Shown in pieces: positions 41,987 to 55,225 of a DNA stretch of 64,000 nucleotides. Location: positions 32,054,001-32,118,000 of the forward strand of contig OZ024759.1 in assembly GCA_964016885.1 (NCBI GenBank), read 5' to 3'. Below the pieces are notes generated by a model, which did not search any database, was not told the origin of the DNA, and was given only the letters and a program-made list of their open reading frames with translations. The translations under genes were made by a program, and so were the position numbers. Numbering within the stretch: the stretch's first letter is position 1; each line of letters starts with the position of its first letter. Source of the stretch: Eledone cirrhosa (taxonomy: Eukaryota).

Positions 41987-42095
41987 TCACTGGTTCGTTG
42001 TCTCTACTGGAAAATCGAACGTGAAAGAGCCTTTCTGATGAGGTGATCGGGGGATCGATAAATTGGCCGATTTTGATTCAAGGATTTCAGACAAC
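41987..42095 (-). CDS. Probable terminal coding exon of an unidentified gene (LSEILESKSANLSIPRSPHQKGSFTFDFPVETTNQ*)
   Basis: Unique, complex sequence. Acceptor ttccctctcattgtag|GTTGTC, then 1 nt + 36 codons to TGA. Phase-2 start matches the phase-2 end of exon 50744-50600. Confidence 0.6.
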
Positions 42096-42161
42096 CTACA
42101 ATGAGAGGGAACACAGTGTACAATACGAATGCATGGCTGTTTATCACTACTATATACCAAG

Positions 42162-42229
<68 letters not shown>

Positions 42230-42330
42230 GTGTGTCAAGTATTTCCGAAGAAAAAGCAAAGGAAGAAAGAGTGCTCTATGTATAGAACAGAGCTATTTAA
42301 TTAGAAAGTGAACAACACAATATAACTACG

Positions 42331-42394
42331 CCATTACCAAAGGTTTCGGGACACTAGACAATACTAACATACGTCTAGTTCGCTCATCAGACAG
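42331..42394 (-). ncRNA. Type I hammerhead motif, family D
   Basis: ctgt-CTGATGA-gcgaactagac..gtctagtgtccc-GAAACC-ttt-GGTA-atgg. Degenerate relative at 49437-49502. Confidence 0.6.
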
Positions 42395-42481
42395 AGGGGT
42401 TATCTGTGGGTTATATATGCGAATATATATATATATATGTATGTGTATGTATATACACGTGTATATGATTGTATGTATGTC

Positions 42482-42512
<31 letters not shown>

Positions 42513-42521
42513 TTTTTCTCA

Positions 42522-42729
42522 ATCGACTTTCGTCGAATCGGACCGAGGAAACAATGTTTCCGTTGGTCACTCCAATTGCTAGTACTATCTATCGGTCGCG
42601 ACTCCAGGTAGAAGGAACAACGTGAAATGAAGTGTCTTGCTCAAGGACATAGCGCATAGCCCGGTCCAGTAATCGAACTGATAACCTCACGATTGCGAAT
42701 CCAGTTCTCTACCCAATCAGCCACATGCC
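42522..42729 (-). mobile_element. SINE family 1 subfamily (copy of 33525)
   Basis: Colinear similarity to 33525-33732. Confidence 0.8.
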
Positions 42730-42928
42730 GTTATATATATATATATATATAAGGTCAAAAGATGGTTAAATGAGTTCCATGTATTTTATTATGCGCATTT
42801 CAAAAACAAATATCATGTATACTCAAATATTATGTATACTCCAGTCCTACAAACTGTAGAGTGCTTCTTATCCGATATCTGCATTGCTTTATTGTACTAC
42901 AATAAAACTCACCTCCTATATATATATA

Positions 42929-42973
<45 letters not shown>

Positions 42974-43102
42974 CGGTCGTAAATACCTGGATAAAATCCT
43001 TCTCTTAATGCTTACCTGTGTTTTCTCTTTTATACTATATATATATATACAGACATACATACAATCACATACACATGTATATACATACACATACATATAT
43101 AT

Positions 43103-43152
<50 letters not shown>

Positions 43153-43249
43153 GTTTGAATATGTATAATAAAGCCAAAACAATGCAGGTATGGACATAGA
43201 AAAAAGAATGCAACTGCCATATATATATATATATATGTATGAACGTGTT

Positions 43250-43470
43250 GATGGCTGCCAACTCGTGTTTGAGCATTGCCATCGTCTGGTAAAAAGCTCA
43301 AAAATGTGAGACACGAATGCGGCTCTTTAAAGCAGCCAAAGACTAGCACTCGCTGGCACATACATGGCAACTGTAGGCTCTTCTGAGACTTTCCACTACT
43401 TTGTTCTGGCTGTGTGTTCTCATATGTCTTTTAAGCCCTCCTATGCTAGCGCATTCCTTACACCTTTTCA
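43250..43470 (-). mobile_element. RTE 3' end with two decayed C2H2 fingers
   Basis: CKECASIGGLKRHMRTH..CHVCASEC*SLAALKS, then tail ctcaaacacgagttggcagccatc. Confidence 0.75.
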
Positions 43471-43640
43471 GATAATAACATACATATATATGTGTATATA
43501 TATATATATGTATATATGAATGAATATATATACATATATATACACTCATATATATATATAAACCCGTAGAGAGTAAATATATATTATTAGTACAATTAAA
43601 GTTTAAGCAAAGAATCGGTGCTTTCACCCTATTACGGGAT

Positions 43641-43713
<73 letters not shown>

Positions 43714-43833
43714 CGCCATCTTTGTTTTTTAGTTGCCTGAAAGAAAATCTCGTATGTGGAAATACAATAGCTCAATCTAAGCCACTTGCAGCATTGTAAA
43801 CAACGAAAACGTGTTGAAGATAGCTATACTGTA

Positions 43834-43880
<47 letters not shown>

Positions 43881-43884
43881 CACA

Positions 43885-43927
<43 letters not shown>

Positions 43928-44419
43928 CCGTGTGCATGTGTATATATGTGTATAAACATATACACACATAACAATAACTTCTGATGTTTCTGTTTGTCGT
44001 TTAGCCCTAGGCTCGTCCCGAACTTGTAGACCATGGTCAAATGTGTTCCAACCGTGCCCATCTCATCCGATACCATTCCTTTCTCTATAAACCTAATTAG
44101 AATTACATACATTAAAGTGTCCTTCCGGTCTCATAAGACGATATAGCTTGATTTGAGGGAGATTTCGATATTATTATAACTTTGCCTTTCATCCTTACGG
44201 GGTCGATAAAATAAAGTACCAGTAATACACTGGGTACTTGCTGGCCTTGTGCTAAACGTAGAAGCAATTATTTCTAGCAGGATATGAAATCACATAGAGT
44301 CTCATATAAAGTGTTATTCTCTCAGAATGTATTTACTTTGATAATGTGAGGTCTCTTATAGCAGAATACAGGGGAGGAGGTGGGGGTAGAGACACACTTA
44401 CACAGAGACATATACACAA

Positions 44420-44459
<40 letters not shown>

Positions 44460-44635
44460 GCACATAGACATATACATTCACACATGCGCACATATACAGA
44501 AATATATATACACACACACACACACAAGCACATAGGCATATACATTCACACATGCGCACATATACACAAATATATACACACACACACACACAAGCACATA
44601 GGCATATACATTCACACATGCGCACATATACACAA

Positions 44636-44681
<46 letters not shown>

Positions 44682-44723
44682 GCACATAGGCATATATATT
44701 CACACATGCGCACATATACACAA

Positions 44724-44761
<38 letters not shown>

Positions 44762-45062
44762 GCACATAGGCATATACATTCACACATGCGCACATATACA
44801 GAAATGTATATATATACACACATACATAGACATATACACCCACCGTTGCACACATGTACACAGACATATACACAAATGTATATATACATACACACATAGG
44901 CATATACACACAGATACACACATATAGACACACACACACACACACATACATACATACACATACAGACATACATACACAAATACGTATGGATAGTGTTTGT
45001 GAGTCTTAATGTATCTACATGTATGTTGATATATAAACACACACACACACATATATGTGTAT

Positions 45063-46035
45063 ATATATATACACGTATATATATATATACACGTATATAT
45101 ATATATACACGTATATATATATATATACACGTATATATATATATACACGTATATATATATATACACGTATATATATATATACACGTATATATATATATAC
45201 ACGTATATATATATATACACGTATATATATATATACACGTATATATATATATACACGTATATATATATATACACGTATATATATATATACACGTATATAT
45301 ATATATACACGTATATATATATATACACGTATATATATATATACACGTATATATATATATACACGTATATATATATATACACGTATATATATATATACAC
45401 GTATATATATATATACACGTATATATATATATACACGTATATATATATATACACGTATATATATATATACACGTATATATATATATACACGTATATATAT
45501 ATATACACGTATATATATATATATACACGTATATATATATATATACACGTATATATATATATACACGTATATATATATATACACGTATATATATATATAC
45601 ACGTATATATATATATATACACGTATATATATATATATACACGTATATATATATATACACGTATATATATATATACACGTATATATATATATACACGTAT
45701 ATATATATATACACGTATATATATATATACACGTATATATATATATACACGTATATATATATATACACGTATATATATATATACACGTATATATATATAT
45801 ATACACGTATATATATATATACACGTATATATATATATACACGTATATATATATATACACGTATATATATATATACACGTATATATATATATACACGTAT
45901 ATATATATATACACGTATATATATATATACACGTATATATATATATACACGTATATATATATATACACGTATATATATATATATACACGTATATATATAT
46001 ATATACACGTATATATATATATATACACGTATATA
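45063..46035. repeat. 16/18-bp ACACGT(AT)n array, about 60 copies
   Basis: Direct inspection. Confidence 0.95.
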
Positions 46036-46286
46036 TATATATATACATATACATATATACATATACATATATACATATATATATACATATATACATATAT
46101 ATATACATATATACATATATACATATATATATACATATATACATACATACATACATACATATATACATATATATATATATACATATATACATATACATAT
46201 ATACATATATATATACATATATATACACATATATATACATATATATATACATATATACATATATATATACATATATACATATATAT

Positions 46287-46541
<255 letters not shown>

Positions 46542-46542
46542 C

Positions 46543-46647
<105 letters not shown>

Positions 46648-46677
46648 ACCCATTTGCAACCACGCAGCACGCCATTT

Positions 46678-46721
<44 letters not shown>

Positions 46722-46989
46722 ATGTGTGTGTGTGTATGTGTGTGTGTATGTGTGTTATCTTAATTGCAGCTGTACAATTGGTTGGTTTCATGTTCCACGG
46801 ATATTATCACTTGATAATGGCATAATTGTTGGTGTAGGTGGGTAGACCCCCCCCCCCCCTATACACACACACACCCACATCCACACACCACACCCCTCAC
46901 ACAGCCACCCCCACATATATATATATATATGTCTGTTTTTGTTTTTCACTGTGTCAATGTCTCTGTAGTCATTTTTTATTCTCTGTGTA

Positions 46990-47038
<49 letters not shown>

Positions 47039-47129
47039 GGGGAGGAGGAGAGCTCATAAGGAAATATGAAGAAAAAAAACCGCAAAACACTGAGGATTTA
47101 ATAAAGAGATAACAGAGATGAACATAGTC

Positions 47130-47680
47130 GTGTTTCCAGGGAATCATAACACACCGCAACACAACACAACATACCACAACACACAACACCACACAACACA
47201 CCACAAGACACCACAACACCACACCACAACACAACACACCACACAACACCACACACCACATCACAACAGAACACACCACACCACACCACAACACACCACA
47301 CCACAATACAACACAACACAACACAACACACCACACCACACCACAACACAACACAACACAACACAACACAACACAACACAACACACAAGACCACACCACA
47401 ACACACAAGACCACACCACAACACAACACACAAGACCACACCACAACACACCACAACACACCTCACCACACCACACCACACCACACCACACCACACCGCA
47501 ACACACCACACCACACCACACCACACCACACCACACCACACCACACCACACCACACCACACCACACCACACCACACCACACCACACCACACCACACCACA
47601 CCACACCACACCACACCACACCACACCACACCACACCACACCACACCACACCACACCACACACCACACCACACCACACAA
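47130..47680. repeat. (ACACC)n/(ACACA)n pentanucleotide repeat
   Basis: Direct inspection. Confidence 0.95.
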
Positions 47681-48227
47681 CATCTATAGTATCAACGCCA
47701 TCAAAATCTACATCAGCATAACGACCATAATTTCTATCATCAATATCAATACACACACTGCCATATATATATATATATATATATACATATATATAAACAT
47801 GTATGTATATATATATATATATATATATATAAACATGTATGTCTATATATATAAACATGTATGTATATATATATAAACATGTATGTATATATATATAAAC
47901 ATGTATGTATATATATATAAACATGTATGTATATATATATAAACATGTATGTATATATATATAAACATGTATGTATATATATATAAACATGTATGTATAT
48001 ATATATAAACATGTATGTATATATATATAAACATGTATGTATATATATATATATAAACATGTATGTATATATATATATAAACATGTATGTATATATATAT
48101 ATATAAACATGTATGTATATATATATATATATAAACATGTATGTATATATATATATATAAACATGTATGTATATATATATATAAACATGTATGTATATAT
48201 ATATAAACATATATGTATATATATATA

Positions 48228-48355
<128 letters not shown>

Positions 48356-48524
48356 CATATATATATATTTATATATATATTATACACACACACACAACAG
48401 TAACCAGAGCTAATCTGAATAGCTTCTCTCATTCCTTCCTTTGTAAAACTTAAACACTGACTGACTGACTCATTCACTGCTTAATTGCTCCCCCCTACTA
48501 CTACTACTACTACTACTACTACTG

Positions 48525-48573
<49 letters not shown>

Positions 48574-48588
48574 GTATCTCTTTATTAG

Positions 48589-48654
48589 TATCGTTCCATA
48601 CGATCGTTTTGATGTTACACAGAAACACGATTGGTGTTTGTGTCTCAACACTGC
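48589..48654 (+). other. Candidate 66-nt plus-strand exon
   Basis: ctctttattag| ... ACTGC|gtaagt. Length is a multiple of 3 and the frame IVPYDRFDVTQKHDWCLCLNT is open. Confidence 0.25.
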
Positions 48655-48823
48655 GTAAGTGGATGGAACGTCGAACGAGTGACAAAGAGACAGACAGACA
48701 GACAGACATATACAGAGGTGGAAATGGACAGAACAAGACAGACAGATACAGACGACAGAAAGAGACAGGCGGACAGAGAGCGAGAGAGAGAGAGAGAGAC
48801 TGACTGATAAATTGACAGGGATA

Positions 48824-48865
<42 letters not shown>

Positions 48866-48931
48866 TCGAGTGCTTCTAATCTATTGTAAAATTGTATTCG
48901 TTGATTAATCAACGAACCATATAAACTTTGG

Positions 48932-48963
<32 letters not shown>

Positions 48964-49021
48964 CTTGAACCGTTAAGGAATATTCTCCTTGGTTATGTCA
49001 ACATTTATAAAACACACTTTG

Positions 49022-49082
49022 TATTTTATTTGACGATAGCGTACCAAAATGTTGGTACCCTTGAAATATATATAATAGAATA
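49022..49082 (+). ncRNA. Hammerhead motif, family A, core mutated (TTGACGA)
   Basis: tattttat-TTGACGA-tagcgtaccaa..ttggtaccctt-GAAA-tATATa-TA-atagaata. Confidence 0.5.
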
Positions 49083-49121
49083 AATATGGTTTTATAAATA
49101 TAGTTTCCATTTATTTAATAT

Positions 49122-49152
<31 letters not shown>

Positions 49153-49157
<5 letters not shown>

Positions 49158-49280
49158 TTTATAGAAGGAGCTTCTACAGGACTAGTACTGTTTCATTCAG
49201 ATGAAATCTTCAGGAAGCCCTGAAGATTTCATCTGAATGAAACAGTACTAGTCCTGTAGAAGCTCCTTCTATAAAATAAA
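49153..49280. repeat. Perfect hairpin, 62-bp arms, 4-nt loop
   Basis: 49153-49214 is the exact reverse complement of 49219-49280. Confidence 0.95.
49170..49218 (-). ncRNA. Type I hammerhead ribozyme, family E, within a perfect hairpin
   Basis: gcttc-CTGAAGA-tttc-atct-gaat-GAAACAG-tactagtc-CTGTA-gaagc. Relics of the same family at 33-112, 10990-11028 and 39140-39180. Confidence 0.7.
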
Positions 49281-49938
49281 AATATTTTACTCTGCCATGT
49301 ATTGAGTACCTTACTTACTGTGGTTATCCCCGACTCAACCCGGGACCTACGTATATATATATATATATATGAAGTATTTTCGTAGGAAGCGTAAAGGAAG
49401 GGAGAGTGGTCTATGTATGCTACAGAACTATTTAATTATGATGACCGATTTTAGACGTCTCTACTGAGCTCGTCTGTCTTCGTGAAACCTTTGGTAAATG
49501 GAATAATTGTCTTATGTTGTTTATTACATAATTATATATATATATATATATATAACAAATGAAATGTGGTAATGAACCCGATGGACCATAAGGCACCAGA
49601 GTACTCAATTATTAGGGTAGTAGAGTGGGAAATAGGAAAAAGTATGACCCCGACGGCAGAGCTATTCGACAGCTATTTCTGGAAATAGCCGTCGAAACGG
49701 CTTGAGATCTCTCTCTCTCTATATATATATATATAGAGAGAGAAATCTACCAAAATAAACGGTAGTGTCCAATCCGTATGAAGAACTCAATGTAATCCAA
49801 ATATAGAAGATATCATGATAGAGAAAATGCATTCAAAAATTAACGATAAAAATCCTAGGAAAACAAAGTCAAGATAAATGAATAAAAACAATGAAATAAA
49901 AACAAACAGGTTCCTTATATTGAAAAATTCATCATTTT

Positions 49939-50079
49939 ATCATTTCTGAAGATGGCATATATAGGTGAAGGTATATATATCTCCTCTGATAATTTGTAAT
50001 ATTTTTTTACATATATCTTTAACATGATATACATACCAACACACACATATATATATCCCAGAAACGATCGTAAAATGAT
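49939..50079 (+). ncRNA. Hammerhead motif with about 108-nt stem/loop II
   Basis: atcattt-CTGAAGA-tgg...cca-GAAAC-GATC-GTA-aaatgat. Confidence 0.55.
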
Positions 50080-50155
50080 GAATTTTTCAACATAAGGAAC
50101 CTGTTCTTTGTTTTTATTAATTTATAAAAATATATTATATATATTATATATATTA

Positions 50156-50183
<28 letters not shown>

Positions 50184-50186
<3 letters not shown>

Positions 50187-50445
50187 GTATAAAAACGAAA
50201 AATCAGTGATGCATCTGGACTCAGTTTATTGCGTGTTACAATTGTTTCGTTCGGAGCAAATTTTCTCACTCCGAGTGAGAAAATGTGCTCCGAACGAACT
50301 ACCCGTGTCCGAAGGAACCTGCAGCCGTAGAATGAGCCAGATCCATGCAGGGACCATGTCTCGAGCTACCTGCCGGCGAAACAATTGTAACACGCAATAA
50401 ACTGAGTCCAGATGAATCACTGATTTTTCGTTTTCTTTATACTAT
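50184..50445. mobile_element. Foldback element with about 60-bp arms and an internal hairpin (Penelope-like fragment)
   Basis: Arms end in the hammerhead 3' half GAAAC-AATT-GTA. Internal hairpin cgttcggagc..ctcactc/gagtgag..gctccgaacg. Confidence 0.55.
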
Positions 50446-50599
50446 CTACACTCTACTCTGTATGAATATTGAGTGCTAATTTTGGCATACCGCCTATGGA
50501 AGCACCATGGCTACCATTATACACAACGATATATATATATATATATATATTATATATACATAGAGAGAGGGAGAGAGAGGGAGTGAAGGGAGTACTCAC

Positions 50600-50744
50600 G
50601 GCAAAGAGTTGGATGTGTCGTCATCCTTAAGTTTCACATCCTCCCCCTGTATCTCAGCCTTGATCAACAGGGGGGAGGGCTTCCTTTGTTTGTATCGATT
50701 TTCTTGTTCCATTTCAGCCGACCAATCAATATTGCCTGATTCAC
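50600..50744 (-). CDS. Probable internal coding exon (GESGNIDWSAEMEQENRYKQRKPSPLLIKAEIQGEDVKLKDDDTSNSLP)
   Basis: Acceptor tttattgcttgcag|GT and consensus donor CC|gtgagt. 145 nt with only one of three frames open (phase 1 in, phase 2 out). Confidence 0.7.
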
Positions 50745-51377
50745 CTGCAAGCAATAAATCAACCAATCAGTCAACCAACAAATTAATCGATCACCCAATC
50801 ACTTCCTTAATCTGTTAGCAAATGAATCAGTCACTCAAATCAATTAAAAAATAAAGTAACAAAACAAAATAATTATGTGTTAGTTGAACCACAATCACCC
50901 CTTCGCTCTTTCCCTCCCTGTCTTTCCCCCCCCCCTCTCTCTCTCTCTCTCTACACCCTCTCTTTCACACTCACACACTCACACCACCCACTTTCCTGTG
51001 TGACAGATGTTTTACACAAAATGTTCAACAACTTTCATTTGAATAGCTCGAAAATATTTTTATATATCGAAAATCACCGCCAATACTATAAACCACAACC
51101 ACAACCACTAACACTAATGTCTTGGACATTTTAAACCTAGTGGAGCCCTTCCCTTTTCCAGTCCAGGTCTGAACACAGCCGATTTCTTCCATAGAATTAT
51201 AGAGTGATAGATAGGAAGTGAGGAAGAGCTATAGAGGAAGAATCAACCCTAGTAATAGACTGCTTCATTGTTTTTATCGACCTCGAAAGGATGAAAGTCA
51301 AAGTAGACCTCAGCGGGATTAGAACTCAGAGGTCTGAGAACATGAACGAACACCACAAAACATTTTATTTAACATTC

Positions 51378-52156
51378 CAAACTATATTACTATATAAACT
51401 ATATTACTATATAAACTATATTACTATATAAACTATTATACTATATAAACTATAGTACTATATAAACTATTATACTATATAAACTATTATACTATATAAA
51501 CTATTATACTATATAAACTATTATACTATATAAACTATAGTACTATATAAACTATATTACTATATAAACTATTATACTATATAAACTATAGTACTATATA
51601 AACTATTATACTATATAAACTATTATACTATATAAACTATAGTACTATATAAACTATATTACTATATAAACTATTATACTATATAAACTATAGTACTATA
51701 TAAACTATTATACTATATAAACTATTATACTATATAAACTATTATACTATATAAACTATTATACTATATAAACTATTATACTATATAAACTATATTACTA
51801 TATAAACTATTATACTATATAAACTATATTACTATATAAACTATTATACGATATAAACTATTATACTATATAAACTATATTACTATATAAACTATTATAC
51901 TATATAAACTATTATACTATATAAACTATTATACTATATAAACTATTATACTATATAAACTATTATACTATATAAACTATTATACTATATAAACTATTAT
52001 ACTATATAAACTATTATACTATATAAACTATTATACTATATAAACTATTATACTATATAAACTATTATACTATATAAACTATTATACTATATAAACTATT
52101 ATACTATATAAACTATATTACTATATAAACTATTATACTATATAAACTATAGTACT
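51378..52156. repeat. 17-bp minisatellite, about 45 copies
   Basis: Unit aaactattatactatat with variants. Confidence 0.95.
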
Positions 52157-52564
52157 AAAGAGTATAGGATAAAGAATATCTTTGATCACATATGACCGTG
52201 GGTTTACAGTTAGCAAATTTCCCTATGAGGGACAAGCCCACGTAAGATGTTTTTATGGAAGACCAGTAGTCGCCCATACATGCTGGTCTCCCTTCTCCAT
52301 GCTGCTGATGTCATCCACGGGAAACTGTCATCGCAATTCATATACACTATTGGGTATATATAATTTCTACAATATATATATTGTTATACTTGGGGAGGGT
52401 CATATTGTTATAATATTGCCAGAAATAATGACAGAACACACTCACTGTTTGGTTTGGGTTGGTTTTCGCTTCTGTATCTTTTATATCTCCATAGTTAATT
52501 TATCTGGCAACCAATGTTTATCATTGATTGACCAACGGTTAAAAATATAGATATGAATAAATAA

Positions 52565-52629
<65 letters not shown>

Positions 52630-52639
52630 TAGAGTCTAT

Positions 52640-52680
52640 CAAAGTTCTTTCGTCACACATCTGTGACATCATCAGGGGTA
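52640..52680 (-). ncRNA. Partial hammerhead motif
   Basis: CTGATGA-t-gtcaca-gatg-tgtgac-GAAA. Stems I and III are degenerate. Confidence 0.4.
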
Positions 52681-52779
52681 CTATATATATAATGTATGAA
52701 TTATATACACCCACTGTATATAGACAATATATATGATTTCGACGAAAGGAAATGTAAAGGCCGATACAGCTTTACACCA

Positions 52780-52930
52780 GTGACATCACAACTCATTTCT
52801 ACAGCTGAGTGAACAGGAGTAATGTGATAATAAAGTCTCTTGCCCAAGGACACAACGCTCTACCTGGCCCGGGGAATCGAACTTACAACTCCACTGTTTT
52901 GAGTACAATGCTTTAACCACTAAACCACTA
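52780..52930 (-). mobile_element. SINE family 1
   Basis: catttctacagctgagtgaac..cttgcccaaggacac..aatcgaac..taaccactaa. Confidence 0.8.
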
Positions 52931-52987
52931 CAGTACTATATAAACTATATTACTATATCAACTGTAATATTAATATTATATGGTTGC

Positions 52988-53312
52988 ATAAAATAAAGTA
53001 CCAGTAATGCACTGGGGTAATTGCTGGCCTTGTGCCAAAAGTAGAAACAATTATATGGTTGCGTTCTGAGTTCAAATCCCGTCGAGGTTAACTTTGCCTT
53101 TCATCCTTACGGGGTCGGTAAAATAATGTACCAGTAATGCATTGGGGCTAATTGTTGGCTTTGTGCAAAAAGTAGAAACAATTATATATATATGGTCTAA
53201 GTTCAAATCTCGCCGAGGTTAACTTTGCCTTTCATCCTTACGGGGTCGATAAAATAAAGTACCAGTAATGTACTGGGTAATTGCAGGCCTTGTGCCAAAA
53301 GTAGAAACAATT
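52988..53312 (+). mobile_element. Three tandem truncated SINE family 2 copies
   Basis: Repeated gtaccagtaatgcactggg..gtgccaaaagtagaaacaatt. Confidence 0.85.
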
Positions 53313-53610
53313 ATTATATTATATTAACTTGTATTTTGAGAGTTACTAAAAAAAACAACCTAAAATTGAGCTTCCAAGGTTGTTAGTAGCTAAATATGTT
53401 ATTAACCTCTCCATGAAAATCAATATTCCCCTCCCTCGCCTCTTACAAACACACACCTCGCTACACATGAAAGACGACCACAAGCATGTGAAACAGTCGC
53501 TTGCCAAGAGCAACTCTACAGAAATGGTTAAATGGCTGCTATCTTTTATAAAATCGAAGCCTTTATTGTAAATGTATATATTTACAATTTATTAGCATTT
53601 GTATGTTGTT

Positions 53611-54215
53611 GAGGTGCGTTACCTCTTGGTAAGTGTGTTGAACTTACGATCACGAGGTCAAGGGTTCGATTCTTGGATTGGGTTGTGTTGTGTGACGGTT
53701 TGTAGCCTAGTGGTAAGTGTGTTAGCGTAACGATCATCATGTCATGGGTTCGATTCTTGGATTGATTGGGTTGTGTGTTGTGTGACGGTTTGTAGCCTAG
53801 TGGTGTGTTGGCGTAACGATCATCATGTTATAGGTTCGATTGTTGGATTGGGTTGTGTGTTGTGTGACGGTTTGTAGCCTAGTGGTAAGTGTGTTGGAGT
53901 AATGATCATCATGTTATAGGTTCGATTCTTGGATTGATTGGGTTGTGTGACGGTTTGTAGTCTAGTGGTAAGTGTGTTGGAGTAATGATCACGATGTCAA
54001 GAGTTCGATTCTTGGATTGGGTTGTGTGTTATGTGACGGTTTGTAGCCTAGTGGTAAGTGTGTTGGCGTAACGATCACGATGTCATGGGTTCGATTCTTG
54101 GATTGATTGGGTTGTGTGTTGTGTTCTTGAGCAAAATAGTTCATTTCACCTTGCTTCAGTATACTCAACTGTAAATGAGTACCAGCAATAGCTGGGGGTT
54201 TAACCCTGCGTTGGA
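53611..54215 (+). mobile_element. SINE family 1 with six tandem tRNA-like heads
   Basis: Units of 82-90 bp (tagcctagtggt..ggttcgattc) before a single core. Confidence 0.85.
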
Positions 54216-54242
54216 CTGAAGTCCATGAAGACAGCTAAATAC

Positions 54243-54304
54243 CGAAACTTGTCCGACCGTGCCGGTCACCGTCGAGATTTTTGCTGTCCTTTGGCACCAA
54301 ATTT
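54243..54304 (-). CDS. Speculative exon (NLVPKDSKNLDGDRHGRTSF)
   Basis: Donor TTCG|gtattt. Phase 2 in, phase 1 out would bridge the 61.1-kb and 50.7-kb exons, but the acceptor (gaaaacag|) has a weak pyrimidine tract. Confidence 0.25.
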
Positions 54305-54879
54305 CTGTTTTCTTCCGCAAAATTATCGAGAGCAGTTCACCCCCCCCCCCAAGTATTAATCTTCCTCATCCGCCACCCACCCGGGAAAAGCAGTTTTGTA
54401 CATTAGGGTGGTGCATAATATTGAGCTATGGTTGTACGACGGCTTGGACAAACCACCGGAAAGATGCATACGAGACGACAAAACGTGACACACACACACA
54501 CATATATATATATATATGTATACGTAACAAGTAAACAGAAATAACAAAGCAAACGACACAGTACAATGAGGAAATACATTAGTTTAACGCTTGAAATAAT
54601 AGGAAAAATATTTCATCACTAGATACAATGAGAAATAAAAGATAGAATAGTGAGAGAGAGAACGGAAAACAATTGTGTATATTCAGTCAGCCATTTTGGA
54701 GAAAATAAATATACATAATCGTTAACAAAAGAAAAATACGATCGTCAAAGAAGTTTTTGTTTTAAACTCTTCAATGTATTTTCTGATTTTATCAATAATC
54801 TTATTTGCTAAATACATTTATTTGTGTGACGGTACGTAGCATAGTGGTTAGAGTGTTTGGTTCAGCATTGTCATGTGTG

Positions 54880-55225
54880 GCAGATCTCTTGTGACGTTAA
54901 ACTCCGCCAGTTGCAGTCTGCGCATTAACATGTCATATCTCTCTCCACAAAGTTCAATCACCAGCAGCAGAGTTCAAAGAGCAAAGATCAAGTTCAGTCC
55001 ATAAGTTGATATTTTCAAGCCATCGTTTTGGCTGCCGGCCTCTGCTTCTCTTATCAGCCAACCTTCCTTCCAGGAATATATAATACCTTTCGATCACCAA
55101 CAGCAGAGTTCAAAGAGCAAAGATCAAGTCTAGTCCATAAGTTGATATTATCAAGCCATGGTTTTGGTTGCCGGCCTCTGCTTCTCTTACCAGCCAACCT
55201 TCCTGGCAGATACTCAGCGGAAACA
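54880..55225 (-). mobile_element. RTE C-terminal fragment, tandemly duplicated (about 136 bp), splitting a SINE
   Basis: GRLAGKRSRGRQPKPWLDNINLWT..GDR motif. SINE head at 54828-54872, core resumes at 55228. Confidence 0.65.

Noticed and set aside
42030-42100. CTGATGA at 42034 as a hammerhead
   Set aside because: No stem II followed by GAAA; it is the antisense of the candidate coding exon.
48595-48655. Minus-strand exon of the 42-61 kb gene
   Set aside because: No donor gives phases compatible with both neighbouring exons.
53455-53515. Minus-strand exon candidate
   Set aside because: The frame needed to join the 50744 exon contains TAG.
53611-54120. tRNA gene cluster
   Set aside because: Acceptor stems do not pair, and the units lead into a SINE core.
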